Positions 8,270 to 17,756 of a stretch of DNA of 64,000 nucleotides are shown one piece after another. A program made the position numbers and the translations under genes. The first letter of the stretch is position 1. Each line of letters starts with the position of its first letter. The notes under the pieces were generated by a model. The model saw nothing but the letters and a program-made list of their open reading frames with translations, ran no database searches and was not told the origin of the DNA. The stretch comes from a virus: positions 32,001 through 96,000 of the IMG/VR virus record IMGVR_UViG_3300037882_001492; one strand, written 5' to 3'.

Positions 8270-8685
8270 TCTATTTCTGTAATAGTATAAATAACTCCCA
8301 CTTTTCCACCTACAGCACCAGCACCAGTAATGGAGGCATTAATCGCTTTATTAGTGCCACCATTAAAAGGAATTTCAAGAACAATGTTTTTATTATCAAT
8401 AAAACCATTTCCTGAATTAAAAGTAGTACCTGTGTACATTACGACAGAATCAGCATTTTGAACTGCAATATCCATAGATCCAGCCGATGAAACTGATATA
8501 GAAAAACCCCAAATATTGTAACGCAAATTTGCGCCAGGAACGGGTAAAATGGCTGTAACCCCTGACGCGATAACGCTAACCGCTGAATAAGACAAAAATT
8601 GTCTATTTTTTTGATTTCCAGGTGCGTTTCCTAGTGAGCTACCAAAAGAACTTGCAGCAAGATTATAGGGACTTACAGATACCAT
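8266..8685 (-). CDS. small beta-rich protein resembling the C-terminal domain of the adjacent fibre protein
   Basis: ILPVPGANLRYNIWGFSISV versus LVDAPGAGYKIVVYNAELVI; both end with a GxxxxxY-like strand. Confidence 0.6.
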   Translation of the reverse strand: MVSVSPYNLAASSFGSSLGNAPGNQKNRQFLSYSAVSVIASGVTAILPVPGANLRYNIWGFSISVSSAGSMDIAVQNADSVVMYTGTTFNSGNGFIDNKNIVLEIPFNGGTNKAINASITGAGAVGGKVGVIYTITEID

Positions 8686-8736
8686 TTATATTATATAGCA
8701 TTAATTCCTGCCATTAAAAATAAAGATACTAAAGTA

Positions 8737-8744
8737 TATAAATA
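8737..8744 (+). promoter_or_regulatory. T4-type late promoter TATAAATA
   Basis: Exact T4 gp55 consensus, followed by AGGA and ATG 8756. Confidence 0.7.
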
Positions 8745-8755
8745 GGAACTTTAAT

Positions 8756-9340
8756 ATGTTGCGAAACACAGTTGATGAAAACTTAAAAATCCTTGATATT
8801 TTATGGGATTCAGCCGAAATTGGTTTAGCATTAGTAAATCAAGACGGTAAATTTCTTAGAGTTAATCCAAAGTTTTGTACAATGTTGGAATACACGGAAG
8901 GAGAGTTATTAGATAAAACCTTCCATTCTGTCACGCATCCAGATGATTTAACAGCCGACATAAACGCAGCAAAAGAGGTTTCAGACGGTAAAAGAGACAG
9001 TTATATAATGTTTAAAAGATATATCCCAAAAACAGGAGATTGTATAATTTGGGCTAAACTACATGTCGAACCTATTAAACAACAAGATGGAAACTTCTTA
9101 TATTTCTTAAGTCAAACAAGTGAATTTGCAGTTCAAGAACGAATAATTTCTACAAAAGTTGTTAAACCAGAAGAGATTGGAATAATGGATATCGTTAAAT
9201 TCCTCCTAAAACGATGGAAGATCGTCATTGCGGTTATTTCAATGACGATCTCTTTAGTTTATGGCGCTAGTGTATTCTATAACAAACTAAACACCGTTAT
9301 TGACGATCACTCAAGACCCACTCACATTGAATCCAAGTAA
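8756..9340 (+). CDS. PAS (S-box) domain protein with a C-terminal transmembrane helix
   Basis: GLALVNQDGKFLRVNPKFCTMLEYTEGEL...VTHPDD...KRYIPKTG..IWAKL...DG; TM IVIAVISMTISLVYGASVFY. Confidence 0.85.
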   Translation: MLRNTVDENLKILDILWDSAEIGLALVNQDGKFLRVNPKFCTMLEYTEGELLDKTFHSVTHPDDLTADINAAKEVSDGKRDSYIMFKRYIPKTGDCIIWAKLHVEPIKQQDGNFLYFLSQTSEFAVQERIISTKVVKPEEIGIMDIVKFLLKRWKIVIAVISMTISLVYGASVFYNKLNTVIDDHSRPTHIESK

Positions 9341-10609
9341 TTTCTTGTTTTCATAAAGCGGAATCATACTCTTGGTTTTAGCAGGAAGTTTCTTTTCAAG
9401 AGAGTATTCAGCCAATTTCAAACAAACATTGTTTTTAATAAATCTTCGAATATTTCTTGCTCCATATTCTTCCGAATAAGAGTTTTCAACAACATAATCT
9501 ATTAAATCAGAATCAATGTTTACAGAAGTAGGAAGTTCTTTCTCTAAGTGAAGTTTGGCAATTGCAAAAGCATCTTCTTTTGAAAGTTGTCTAAAGTGAA
9601 TAATCTTATCAAATCTGTTGATTAACTCAGGAGCAAAGTCTTTCTTAATTGCTTCATCAATAACTTCTCTACCGTTCACTTCATTGGCATTCTTGACGAA
9701 TCCAATCTCTTTCTTATTCTTCTTATCCAACATATCTTTTACACCAATATTAGATGTAAAGATAAAGATTGATTTGGTAAAATCATGTGTTGCACTCTTG
9801 TTGTCAGTAATCTTACCTGAATCTAAGATTCCAAGAAGTAATTGTTGTAATCTTTCTGATGCTTTTTCAAACTCATCAAATACGATTACCCATTCATTTG
9901 ACTTCTCTGATAAAGTCGAAATAAACGACTTCTCATCATGTCCAATATATCCAGGAGGGCTTCCTAAGAGTTTATTCTGTTCATGTGCTGTAGCATATTC
10001 ACCACAGTTTACAATATAAATTCGTTCTGGGTCATCCAGGAAATACTTGGCAACCATTTTAGCGGTTTCAGTTTTTCCTATTCCAGTAGACCCTACAAAC
10101 AATGCTGAAATCATTGGCGAAAAGTCTGTTGCCTTTAATTTCAGTAAATCAGTAATCTCTGTCAAGGCTTCCGCTTGACCAATAACATTCTGATTAAGGA
10201 CAGTAACCAAAGACTCAAAGAACTTACTATTCTTCTTCTTAGTCTTGGTTTCCTTTTGAGCAGATTTGGCTTCTGCAAACAGACTTGTTCTCTCTCTATG
10301 ATTATAGGTCATAGCGAAAGTTTCAACCGCTAATGCAGGATAAATCTCACAAATCTCATGGTAAATAGCCTCATCAATCTTTTCTTTACCAGTCCTAATT
10401 ACAAGATCGTCGCAAATTCTAGTGACATAATCCACATAGGTCTTAAGCGTATCTTCTTTGACTAGCATTAATAACATTTCGTAATAAGCAGTAAACTCAG
10501 CAAGAGTTAAAGCTTTGATTTTTACAAATTTGTTAGCAGTTTCGTCAGGAATGATGTAGTTTACGGCGTTAGTTGGTGTTTTGGAGGTCTTCGAAGGTGA
10601 ATTTTTCAT
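9311..10609 (-). CDS. ClpA/ClpB-like AAA+ ATPase (single D2-type module)
   Basis: VIGQ; Walker A GSTGIGKTE; KLLGSPPGYIGH; Walker B VFDEFEKA; FTSN; PELINRFD; GARNIRR. Confidence 0.9.
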   Translation of the reverse strand: MKNSPSKTSKTPTNAVNYIIPDETANKFVKIKALTLAEFTAYYEMLLMLVKEDTLKTYVDYVTRICDDLVIRTGKEKIDEAIYHEICEIYPALAVETFAMTYNHRERTSLFAEAKSAQKETKTKKKNSKFFESLVTVLNQNVIGQAEALTEITDLLKLKATDFSPMISALFVGSTGIGKTETAKMVAKYFLDDPERIYIVNCGEYATAHEQNKLLGSPPGYIGHDEKSFISTLSEKSNEWVIVFDEFEKASERLQQLLLGILDSGKITDNKSATHDFTKSIFIFTSNIGVKDMLDKKNKKEIGFVKNANEVNGREVIDEAIKKDFAPELINRFDKIIHFRQLSKEDAFAIAKLHLEKELPTSVNIDSDLIDYVVENSYSEEYGARNIRRFIKNNVCLKLAEYSLEKKLPAKTKSMIPLYENKKLLGFNVSGS

Positions 10610-10901
10610 TTGCGTTTACAGGTTTTCCTTTCGATTGCACTTCAATTTCTTTAATAGCAATCTTAGCAGAAATTTCAATAAGTTTTAAAATCTTGTCATT
10701 TACATTGTGAACTGATTCCAAGCATTTAACAATACATTGGGCATAATCTACAATAGAAGTTTCTTTTAGCTTCTCTTCAAATCTTTTAATAGTTTCATAG
10801 ATTTGCTTGCGATCTTCTTTGCAATCATCAATCAATTCAGTAATAATCTTTTCAATTCGATTCTGGTTCAGACGGCTTTTCTTAGGTTGATAGTTTCCCA
10901 T
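10569..10901 (-). CDS. helical hypothetical protein
   Basis: ORF coupled to neighbours. Confidence 0.6.
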   Translation of the reverse strand: MGNYQPKKSRLNQNRIEKIITELIDDCKEDRKQIYETIKRFEEKLKETSIVDYAQCIVKCLESVHNVNDKILKLIEISAKIAIKEIEVQSKGKPVNANEKFTFEDLQNTN

Positions 10902-11299
10902 TAGAACATTGGTTTAAAGTTTTTAACTTTATCTTTGTGCGATTTGGTTGCATAACCACGCTGTTCTTTACCTTTCTCTTCATAACCTTTTGTCTTTTGC
11001 AAATGGGCGCTACCGTGTTTAGTTTGAGTTCTCTTTGAATAAGATTCAATCTCTGATAATGGAGTTGTTGCAGGAAATCCTTTTACAACTTTATCTGTTG
11101 ATTTCTCCCCCCAAGTTCCTTTTGTGATAACATAGATTCTATCCGATTCAGGAGTGGAAAATACAGTTCCGTAAGGTCTTTGTGCCATCGCATCTTTAAT
11201 TGATGGAAACGAAAGAATTTTAGACTTTTTAGGATCTAAAATTGCTTTTCTAGGACTAAAGCCAGTCTTTTTTGATTCGAATAATACGCCTCTTCTCAC
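10901..11299 (-). CDS. basic hypothetical protein (probably late)
   Basis: CTAAATA at 11304-11310, 4 nt before the GTG. Confidence 0.6.
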   Translation of the reverse strand: MRRGVLFESKKTGFSPRKAILDPKKSKILSFPSIKDAMAQRPYGTVFSTPESDRIYVITKGTWGEKSTDKVVKGFPATTPLSEIESYSKRTQTKHGSAHLQKTKGYEEKGKEQRGYATKSHKDKVKNFKPMF

Positions 11300-11329
11300 A
11301 CTTTATTTAGCACTACCAAGGAATCTATG

Positions 11330-11632
11330 TTATAGTTTCTTAACCATCGAACTAAAGTCTTCTAAATCTTTTTTCTTTTTAGTTTTCACAGAAAATTTAT
11401 CAGAAAAAGAGCCGTATAAGGAAGGAAGGTCGTCTTTCCTAACCGGAGCAGGCTTCCGCCTACATAGCCGCCCTAGCCACGAAAATACCCTAGAAACCGC
11501 AGCCCAAACCAACCATAAAAACGATCCAACAACTAACATAAACATGATCCCGGCAAAAAACGGGTTCACTTCGGCCACCGAAGCAATATAGCCTATGAAC
11601 AGAGTTAGAGCTACAAGGAAAAAAGTTTTCAT
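11330..11632 (-). CDS. two-TM membrane protein
   Basis: Two hydrophobic helices and a basic tail; TATAAT upstream. Confidence 0.6.
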   Translation of the reverse strand: MKTFFLVALTLFIGYIASVAEVNPFFAGIMFMLVVGSFLWLVWAAVSRVFSWLGRLCRRKPAPVRKDDLPSLYGSFSDKFSVKTKKKKDLEDFSSMVKKL

Positions 11633-11666
11633 GGATTCTTACTATATTATAGTCTAGGAGCGCCCA

Positions 11667-12647
11667 TTACAGAAGTGCTAATTCGCCTTTTGAAATCTTC
11701 TCAACAAGAATTGTTTCTAAGGCTTCTTTTCTATGCTTTGCCGAATCACCTTTAATAGAATACCATCCCTTTGTCGGCGAGACTACTGCACCGTCTTTCA
11801 TAAGAAGATCACATAAACCTACATTTCGATCAAGACCTTTATTGAAAATTAATCTGAAATCACATTCTTGATAAGGTGTGGAAACTTTATTCTTTTTGTT
11901 CTTAACTACACCTTCAATACCCATAGGTTTACCGTTCTCGTCTACTAAAGTTCCATTAGTTTTGCTTGATGCTGTCTCTAACGAAACTGCACAATAGTAT
12001 TCTAATGACTTTCCACCACCTGCTTTAGTTCTTGGATCGCCAAACATTACTCCAATCTTTGATCTAAATTGATTGATAATCAAGAGAGCAACATTGTATT
12101 TCTTAATAAAGGTATTAACTCTTCTTAAACATTGTCCTGTAATTTTGGCTCTTTGCGCTCCAATAATTATTCCATCGCTATCTTTAAGTTCGTCGGAAAG
12201 TTCTTTATTACATGGAGTAGTTCCGATAGAATCAAATCCAATTACAATAGGAGTCTCTGTATCATGCGAGCGAATCGCTAGAATGACTTTTTCAATAAAT
12301 GCAAAACAAGTCTCAATAGTCTCTGGTTCGCTATAAATTAGTTTAAAAGGATCAACTCCTAATTGACTAGCAAACTCTTTGTTATAAGCATGTTCATTAT
12401 CCACCATTACAGTATGATAACCCTTTGCTTGTGCACCTACAAACGCATGAGTTAAAAAAACTGTTTTAGCAGTTGAAGATTCCCCAAAGATTTCTGTGAT
12501 CCCTCCTATTGGATAACCGCCATCAAACCTTCCTGAAATAATCTTGTTTAATGCTAATGAACCAGAATCCACAAACTCTGAAACTGACTCATCTTCGCTT
12601 AAAACACACGCACCTTCTAAATCCTTAATAATATCCTGAATGCTCAT
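11667..12647 (-). CDS. uvsX: RecA/UvsX recombinase
   Basis: DSGSLALN; EIFGESSTAKT; DNEHA; INQFRSKIGVMFGDP; GGKSLEYY; KNKV. Confidence 0.93.
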   Translation of the reverse strand: MSIQDIIKDLEGACVLSEDESVSEFVDSGSLALNKIISGRFDGGYPIGGITEIFGESSTAKTVFLTHAFVGAQAKGYHTVMVDNEHAYNKEFASQLGVDPFKLIYSEPETIETCFAFIEKVILAIRSHDTETPIVIGFDSIGTTPCNKELSDELKDSDGIIIGAQRAKITGQCLRRVNTFIKKYNVALLIINQFRSKIGVMFGDPRTKAGGGKSLEYYCAVSLETASSKTNGTLVDENGKPMGIEGVVKNKKNKVSTPYQECDFRLIFNKGLDRNVGLCDLLMKDGAVVSPTKGWYSIKGDSAKHRKEALETILVEKISKGELALL

Positions 12648-12655
12648 TCAGTATA

Positions 12656-12820
12656 TTATAGCGTATCTTTGTCGGTTTTAGAAGCCTTTTTCGTTGACTT
12701 TTTGTTGGATACATCGCGTACTTTATTTCCGCCGTCTTCCGGTTTGACTTCTACCTTAGACTCTTCTAGTTTTGCTTGTGCAGCAAGAATTCTTGCGGTT
12801 CTTCTATCTCGTAATCTCAT
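12656..12820 (-). CDS. small basic protein, 54 aa (below the ORF-track cut-off)
   Basis: MRLRDRRTARILAAQAKLEE...KTDKDTL; CTAAATA at 12825-12831, 4 nt upstream. Confidence 0.6.
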   Translation of the reverse strand: MRLRDRRTARILAAQAKLEESKVEVKPEDGGNKVRDVSNKKSTKKASKTDKDTL

Positions 12821-12823
12821 GTC

Positions 12824-13861
12824 TTATTTAGTCTTTTCGTGTTGTTCTTTAATCCAATTATAAGTTTTATATAAACCACTAAACAAATTAATTTTAGGCT
12901 CCCAACCTATTTCTGTTCGAACTATAGTATTGTCAGAGTTTCTTCCTCTAACTCCTATTGGACCATCTATATGTTTTATATTAATATCAAAATCCGAAAT
13001 TACAGAAAGGTCATCAACTAAATCATTTATTGAAACCATTTCTTCTGAACCGATATTATAAGGACCAACTTTATCAGATGCCATTAACGCTTGAATTCCC
13101 TCTAAACAATCTTCAATATACAAGAAAGATCTTGTCTGCTCACCGTCTCCCCAAACTTCGATTTCACAATAATCTCTGTATCCTCTGCTTCCTTCATGTT
13201 TGACAGCTTCAACAACTTTGCGGCATAAGGCAGCAGGAGCTTTTTCTTTTCCGCCTTTCCATGCTCCTTCCGGGCCATAAACATTATGAAGTCTTGCAAT
13301 TTTAATATTTAAACCAATATTTCTTTTTGCAGCCAAATAAAGTCTTTCAGAAAACAATTTCTCCCATCCATATTCTGAATCAGGGTTTGCGGGATAAGCA
13401 GAGTCTTCTTTACAGTTTGGGTTATTCGGGTCTTCTTGATTTTCTTTTGGGTAAATACAGGCCGAAGAGGAATAAAACACTTTAGTATGTTTTTGTAATC
13501 CATGCTTTTCAATTAATCGTAATAAATTCAAATTAATTGCCGCCGAATTACACATAATGTTAAAATCGTTATCCCCTGTAAAGATGTACCCGGCTCCCCC
13601 CATATCAGCCGCTAACTGATAAATTTCTAATGGACGATATCTCTCTAAAAACTCTGAGAGATAAGATGGATTTTCGGCAAGGTTTTCTATAACATATTCA
13701 TTGCAATAATTCGATGCAGCGGCATATTCACACTTATTTTTTATATCAAATACAATAACATATTTTCCTTGTTGTTTTAATCTACGAGCAAGATGGTGTC
13801 CAATAAACCCGGCCCCACCTAATACAAATACCACATTATCCAATTTGCTTGATGAAATCAT
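12824..13861 (-). CDS. GDP-mannose 3,5-epimerase-like SDR
   Basis: GGAGFIG; QLAADMGGAGYI; YSSSACIYP; EYGWEK; EKAPAALCRK; GVRGRNSDN. Confidence 0.9.
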   Translation of the reverse strand: MISSSKLDNVVFVLGGAGFIGHHLARRLKQQGKYVIVFDIKNKCEYAAASNYCNEYVIENLAENPSYLSEFLERYRPLEIYQLAADMGGAGYIFTGDNDFNIMCNSAAINLNLLRLIEKHGLQKHTKVFYSSSACIYPKENQEDPNNPNCKEDSAYPANPDSEYGWEKLFSERLYLAAKRNIGLNIKIARLHNVYGPEGAWKGGKEKAPAALCRKVVEAVKHEGSRGYRDYCEIEVWGDGEQTRSFLYIEDCLEGIQALMASDKVGPYNIGSEEMVSINDLVDDLSVISDFDINIKHIDGPIGVRGRNSDNTIVRTEIGWEPKINLFSGLYKTYNWIKEQHEKTK

Positions 13862-14873
13862 TATATAATTTCTCCGGGGTTTTATTTAGAAATACTTCTA
13901 TGTTTTTAATACTAGATTTTTGGAGTTCTAGAAAATCACTTGAATTATAGTTTAATAATTTTTCTGTCAAAGATTCATGGTCTAAAATAGTGATTCCGAC
14001 TTCTGGCATTAAATATGCTTTCTCTTCTTGAAAATCTGTGTTAAGCATTAAACACCCGGCTGCCATTAAATCAAAGGTTCTGTAGCTTATTCTTGCATGA
14101 CCAGTTGGGTTCATACCAATCTTGTGTATAAACAAAAGATGCATATATGAATGCATAGAAATTCTTTCTTGGCTTAAATTTACAACTCCTTTACCAAAAT
14201 ATTTGGTCTGCCATTCTTCGGACATGTTTGTATCTTTAGCGCCAAAAACTAAGCCGCCTCTGAAATTTGCATTTTTCTGTCTTAAATCTAACAACCAATC
14301 AATCCGCTGGTTATACATTGGTATTCCATCATCCCACACCCCAATACTTTTTGCTTCCAAAAATTCTCTATTCACAGCAGAACCTTTGTAAGACCCAATA
14401 AAAGTTGGCGAAAAATACCCCACGGGGCAATCTAAAAATGTCCCTACGGAACTTTTAGTTTCTTTTGCAATTTCAGCAATATATTTCAGTTGCCAAAAAT
14501 TAGCAGGAGGAAACCCAATATTTTTTAACTTGTCCGGGCGATCGTGATTATCAACCCAAGTGTATTTAACATACGCTGTTGCTTTGTCTTTAAAATAAAG
14601 GTACGCGGGACCAGGATTGAAATGTCTTGGATCGTCTTCACAATCAAACAAGAATAAATGTTTATACTTACCCTTTATTGACAAAACACTACAACTAGAA
14701 TCAATGAAAATTAAATCATATGAACCAGGAATCGTATATTCAATTGAAGTTTGTGAAACACAATCAACAGTTAAACCTAAAGCACCAACAAGACTTTGAA
14801 GAAGTCTGTAATAGTGTTTATCGTGACCACGAACAAGAAGGACTTTCATTAATTTTTCTCGAATACAGCACAC
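13836..14873 (-). CDS. putative GT-B glycosyltransferase
   Basis: C-terminal GMNPTGHARISYRTFDLMAAGCLML; cluster context. Confidence 0.6.
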   Translation of the reverse strand: MCCIREKLMKVLLVRGHDKHYYRLLQSLVGALGLTVDCVSQTSIEYTIPGSYDLIFIDSSCSVLSIKGKYKHLFLFDCEDDPRHFNPGPAYLYFKDKATAYVKYTWVDNHDRPDKLKNIGFPPANFWQLKYIAEIAKETKSSVGTFLDCPVGYFSPTFIGSYKGSAVNREFLEAKSIGVWDDGIPMYNQRIDWLLDLRQKNANFRGGLVFGAKDTNMSEEWQTKYFGKGVVNLSQERISMHSYMHLLFIHKIGMNPTGHARISYRTFDLMAAGCLMLNTDFQEEKAYLMPEVGITILDHESLTEKLLNYNSSDFLELQKSSIKNIEVFLNKTPEKLYNDFIKQIG

Positions 14874-15454
14874 AAAACTCCATGAACTTTTCCAGACGGA
14901 TCATGCCAATCAGGAAACTCTTTCACTTTTTCTAAACTCCATTCATTGTTTTGTAAATAATAAGTAAAATAGTTTCGCATCTTCATTCCACGAAACATTT
15001 CATCTATTATTTGATAATTATAGGTATGGTGGTAATTTTGCCATTTAAATGTTTTTCCGTAAGGAACTGTTAATACAAGTCGGCCTCCAAAATTTAGCAT
15101 TCCTATTGCTTTCTCGATAGCTTTTTTATCATATCCTTCTCTAAACACTAAATCACTTTCAGTACATTGAGGAAAATGTTCAAGCGAGGAAATGAACATT
15201 ATAATATCAAATTTTCTATATTCAAAATTATAAGTTACAAAATCACCTTGATAAGCACCACCTCTGAAATCACAAACTTGATACAGATTATTTATAGTTA
15301 ATTTAGAAACGATTGGCGACCACTCTTTAACAAGAGTAGGAATTCCCCCTACATCTAAAATCTGTTTATTTTTCCAAGTTTCAGCCAACTCACCAACAAA
15401 ACGAAGTTCAACACTTCGTTCAGAATTCAAATCATTAGGAATTACGGTTTTCAT
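14849..15454 (-). CDS. class I SAM-dependent methyltransferase
   Basis: ILDVGG; FDII..ISSLEH; L..GGRLVLTVPYG. Confidence 0.8.
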   Translation of the reverse strand: MKTVIPNDLNSERSVELRFVGELAETWKNKQILDVGGIPTLVKEWSPIVSKLTINNLYQVCDFRGGAYQGDFVTYNFEYRKFDIIMFISSLEHFPQCTESDLVFREGYDKKAIEKAIGMLNFGGRLVLTVPYGKTFKWQNYHHTYNYQIIDEMFRGMKMRNYFTYYLQNNEWSLEKVKEFPDWHDPSGKVHGVLCAVFEKN

Positions 15455-16053
15455 TTTTTAGGTGTTAAAATAAGAAATCCTTGATGGCGCAAACTAATTT
15501 CATAGTTGTATTCAGGCCACGGATTTTCTAAAATATCAAGTTTTTTATTGCCATATTTAGCGGTAAAGTCATTGTTTTTTAATTCAACAGGAATATCCAT
15601 ATAGAGTTGCATATCGTCTATAATAAAGCAATCCTTGTTATTTGGGCGATACTTTCTAATCAATGCCAACTCATCGTTTAATGGCATATGAAGTGGCGAT
15701 TCTTTTAAATACTCATAATCATTATAATGAAAATCTGCACCTGGGAAATGAGCGTCTAACCAAAATAAAATTGGGGGGCTTTTTATATTACCTTGCAATA
15801 ATAACTCCAAACCATCTAAAGAAGGTTGATTTAAAATATGGACTCGCTCATTTCCAAAGAATCTTTCTCCACTTATTTCGGCCAATTCTTTTATTACTTC
15901 GATTGACCATAAAGTGTTGAACGGGTATTTAAGTGCATGAGCCAATCCGTCTCCTTTCCCTGTCCCGGTTTCAACGAAAGTTTTACAACCTAAATCTATA
16001 AACCGTTGAAGATTAAATAAGTTGAGTTCACCCATTATACTTTCCTCAACCAA
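15451..16053 (-). CDS. putative SAM-dependent methyltransferase
   Basis: FVETGTGKGDG; SIE; FWLDAH; IIDD. Confidence 0.7.
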   Translation of the reverse strand: MVEESIMGELNLFNLQRFIDLGCKTFVETGTGKGDGLAHALKYPFNTLWSIEVIKELAEISGERFFGNERVHILNQPSLDGLELLLQGNIKSPPILFWLDAHFPGADFHYNDYEYLKESPLHMPLNDELALIRKYRPNNKDCFIIDDMQLYMDIPVELKNNDFTAKYGNKKLDILENPWPEYNYEISLRHQGFLILTPKK

Positions 16054-17018
16054 TAAGTAAACAAGTCATTTAAAGTTTCTTCAATTGTATAGGTTTGCAC
16101 CCATCCAGTTAATTCGTGTAATTTTGTCGAATCACCGTGTTGATAATGAATATCGTGAGGACGATAATATTTTGGGTCAACTTCCTTTTTAACTTCAAAA
16201 CCAGCGATCTTTATTAACTCGTCGGTATAAAAACCCATTTTTCTAGGTGTGTCTCCGCAAACATTAAATACTTGTCCACTAGATTCGTCTCTTCTCATTA
16301 AAAGATAGTAAGCTAGAACTGTATCACGAACATCCATAACTACCCTTGTAGTTTCTAAATTACCTACTTTTAAAATTGGTGGAGTGTCTGTACGCTGAAA
16401 TCGTCCTAATCTAACAAGGTTATAAGCATCACAAGAAATAGAAAAATTTCTTCCTCGCCTTGGTCCAGTATGGCTAAATGCGCGAGTAATAAATGCATTG
16501 ATTTTACCGTTTGTCATTCGCTCTTGCAAATACAAATCAATAGCAGCCTTTGAATTACCGTAAGGATTTGAAGGCAAAACAGGATCAGATTCTTTTAATA
16601 ATCTACCATCGCTTCCCGTATTTCCATACACTTCCGAAGTAGAGCAAAACATAAGTTTGCAATGGGGTTGGTAGTAAATTATAGATTCAATCAAATTAAT
16701 TGAACCAATAACATTATCTTGATAAGTTCCAATTGGATCTAGAAAACTAGTTGGGGGATGAGATTGTGCTGCTAGATGAAATACTCCATCGAACATAACC
16801 TCTTTTAACAATTTATCAATCGTATGTTTATCTCTTAGATTGCCATAATGGAATATCAATTTAGAGAAATCTTCCACACTCATCACATCCAAAATATCGG
16901 TTTCCATTCCATTTGATCCTCTAACAAGACCATGAACTTCATTCCCATTTTTAATGAGAAGATTTGCTAAATGAGGTCCAGCAAAACCCGTAATTCCTGT
17001 AATTAAATATCGTGCCAT
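16035..17018 (-). CDS. gmd: GDP-mannose 4,6-dehydratase / Rmd-like SDR
   Basis: LITGITGFAG; HLAAQSH; STSEVYG; PYGNSK; VGNL...R...DVRD. Confidence 0.8.
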   Translation of the reverse strand: MARYLITGITGFAGPHLANLLIKNGNEVHGLVRGSNGMETDILDVMSVEDFSKLIFHYGNLRDKHTIDKLLKEVMFDGVFHLAAQSHPPTSFLDPIGTYQDNVIGSINLIESIIYYQPHCKLMFCSTSEVYGNTGSDGRLLKESDPVLPSNPYGNSKAAIDLYLQERMTNGKINAFITRAFSHTGPRRGRNFSISCDAYNLVRLGRFQRTDTPPILKVGNLETTRVVMDVRDTVLAYYLLMRRDESSGQVFNVCGDTPRKMGFYTDELIKIAGFEVKKEVDPKYYRPHDIHYQHGDSTKLHELTGWVQTYTIEETLNDLFTYWLRKV

Positions 17019-17021
17019 ATT

Positions 17022-17756
17022 TTATCCTTTTATTATAGAATCTTTTCCAATATAATCTAACTTCCAGTCAGAAGAAACTGTAAATCGGGTACCCTCCGGG
17101 GAAGCTTTTCTGCGTAATAAATAACAATCCTTTGTAATTATATTCTTAATACCGTCCAAAAATTGATGAACTGCGCTCTCAACTACATAAATTTCTTTTG
17201 CTAAGGTCATAATTAAATACCAATCTTTTATAGAAAACCCTGTAATGGGTTCGATTTCAATAATTGGTAATTCTGTTTTAGGCATTTCAGCAATATCTCC
17301 CAATGAATCTTTTCTATGCACAAGGGCATAAGGTTTATCCGCTATAATTTTTTTCATTAATTGATATTCTTTTTCCCCATTTCGTACAAAAGTTAAAGAG
17401 TGTTTAAATCTAAATGGAACTTCGGCAATGCGATATTTGTATAGTTCAAAATTTTCATCTGTTCTTTGCTGATAACGAATCGGAAAACGATCCGATAGAT
17501 TTAAAATTTTATCATAGGAATTAGTGTTTTGAAACTCATATGCTTTTATGGAGCATTCCATTAACCAATCATCGAATTTTCCTTCGTATTTAATTGGAAT
17601 AACATTTGCGTACCAAAACCCATCTAGTTCTTTTACTAAATCTTCTCTGACAGGCCAATCTACTTGATATTCCTGGTCATAATAAAATTTAGCGATTGGG
17701 GCGCATAGAAATAAATCTCCTAAACCTCCTGGTTGAATTAACAATAATTTTTTCAT
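17022..17756 (-). CDS. GT9-like glycosyltransferase
   Basis: N-terminal QPGGLGDLFLCAPIAK; late VVESA. Confidence 0.6.
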   Translation of the reverse strand: MKKLLLIQPGGLGDLFLCAPIAKFYYDQEYQVDWPVREDLVKELDGFWYANVIPIKYEGKFDDWLMECSIKAYEFQNTNSYDKILNLSDRFPIRYQQRTDENFELYKYRIAEVPFRFKHSLTFVRNGEKEYQLMKKIIADKPYALVHRKDSLGDIAEMPKTELPIIEIEPITGFSIKDWYLIMTLAKEIYVVESAVHQFLDGIKNIITKDCYLLRRKASPEGTRFTVSSDWKLDYIGKDSIIKG

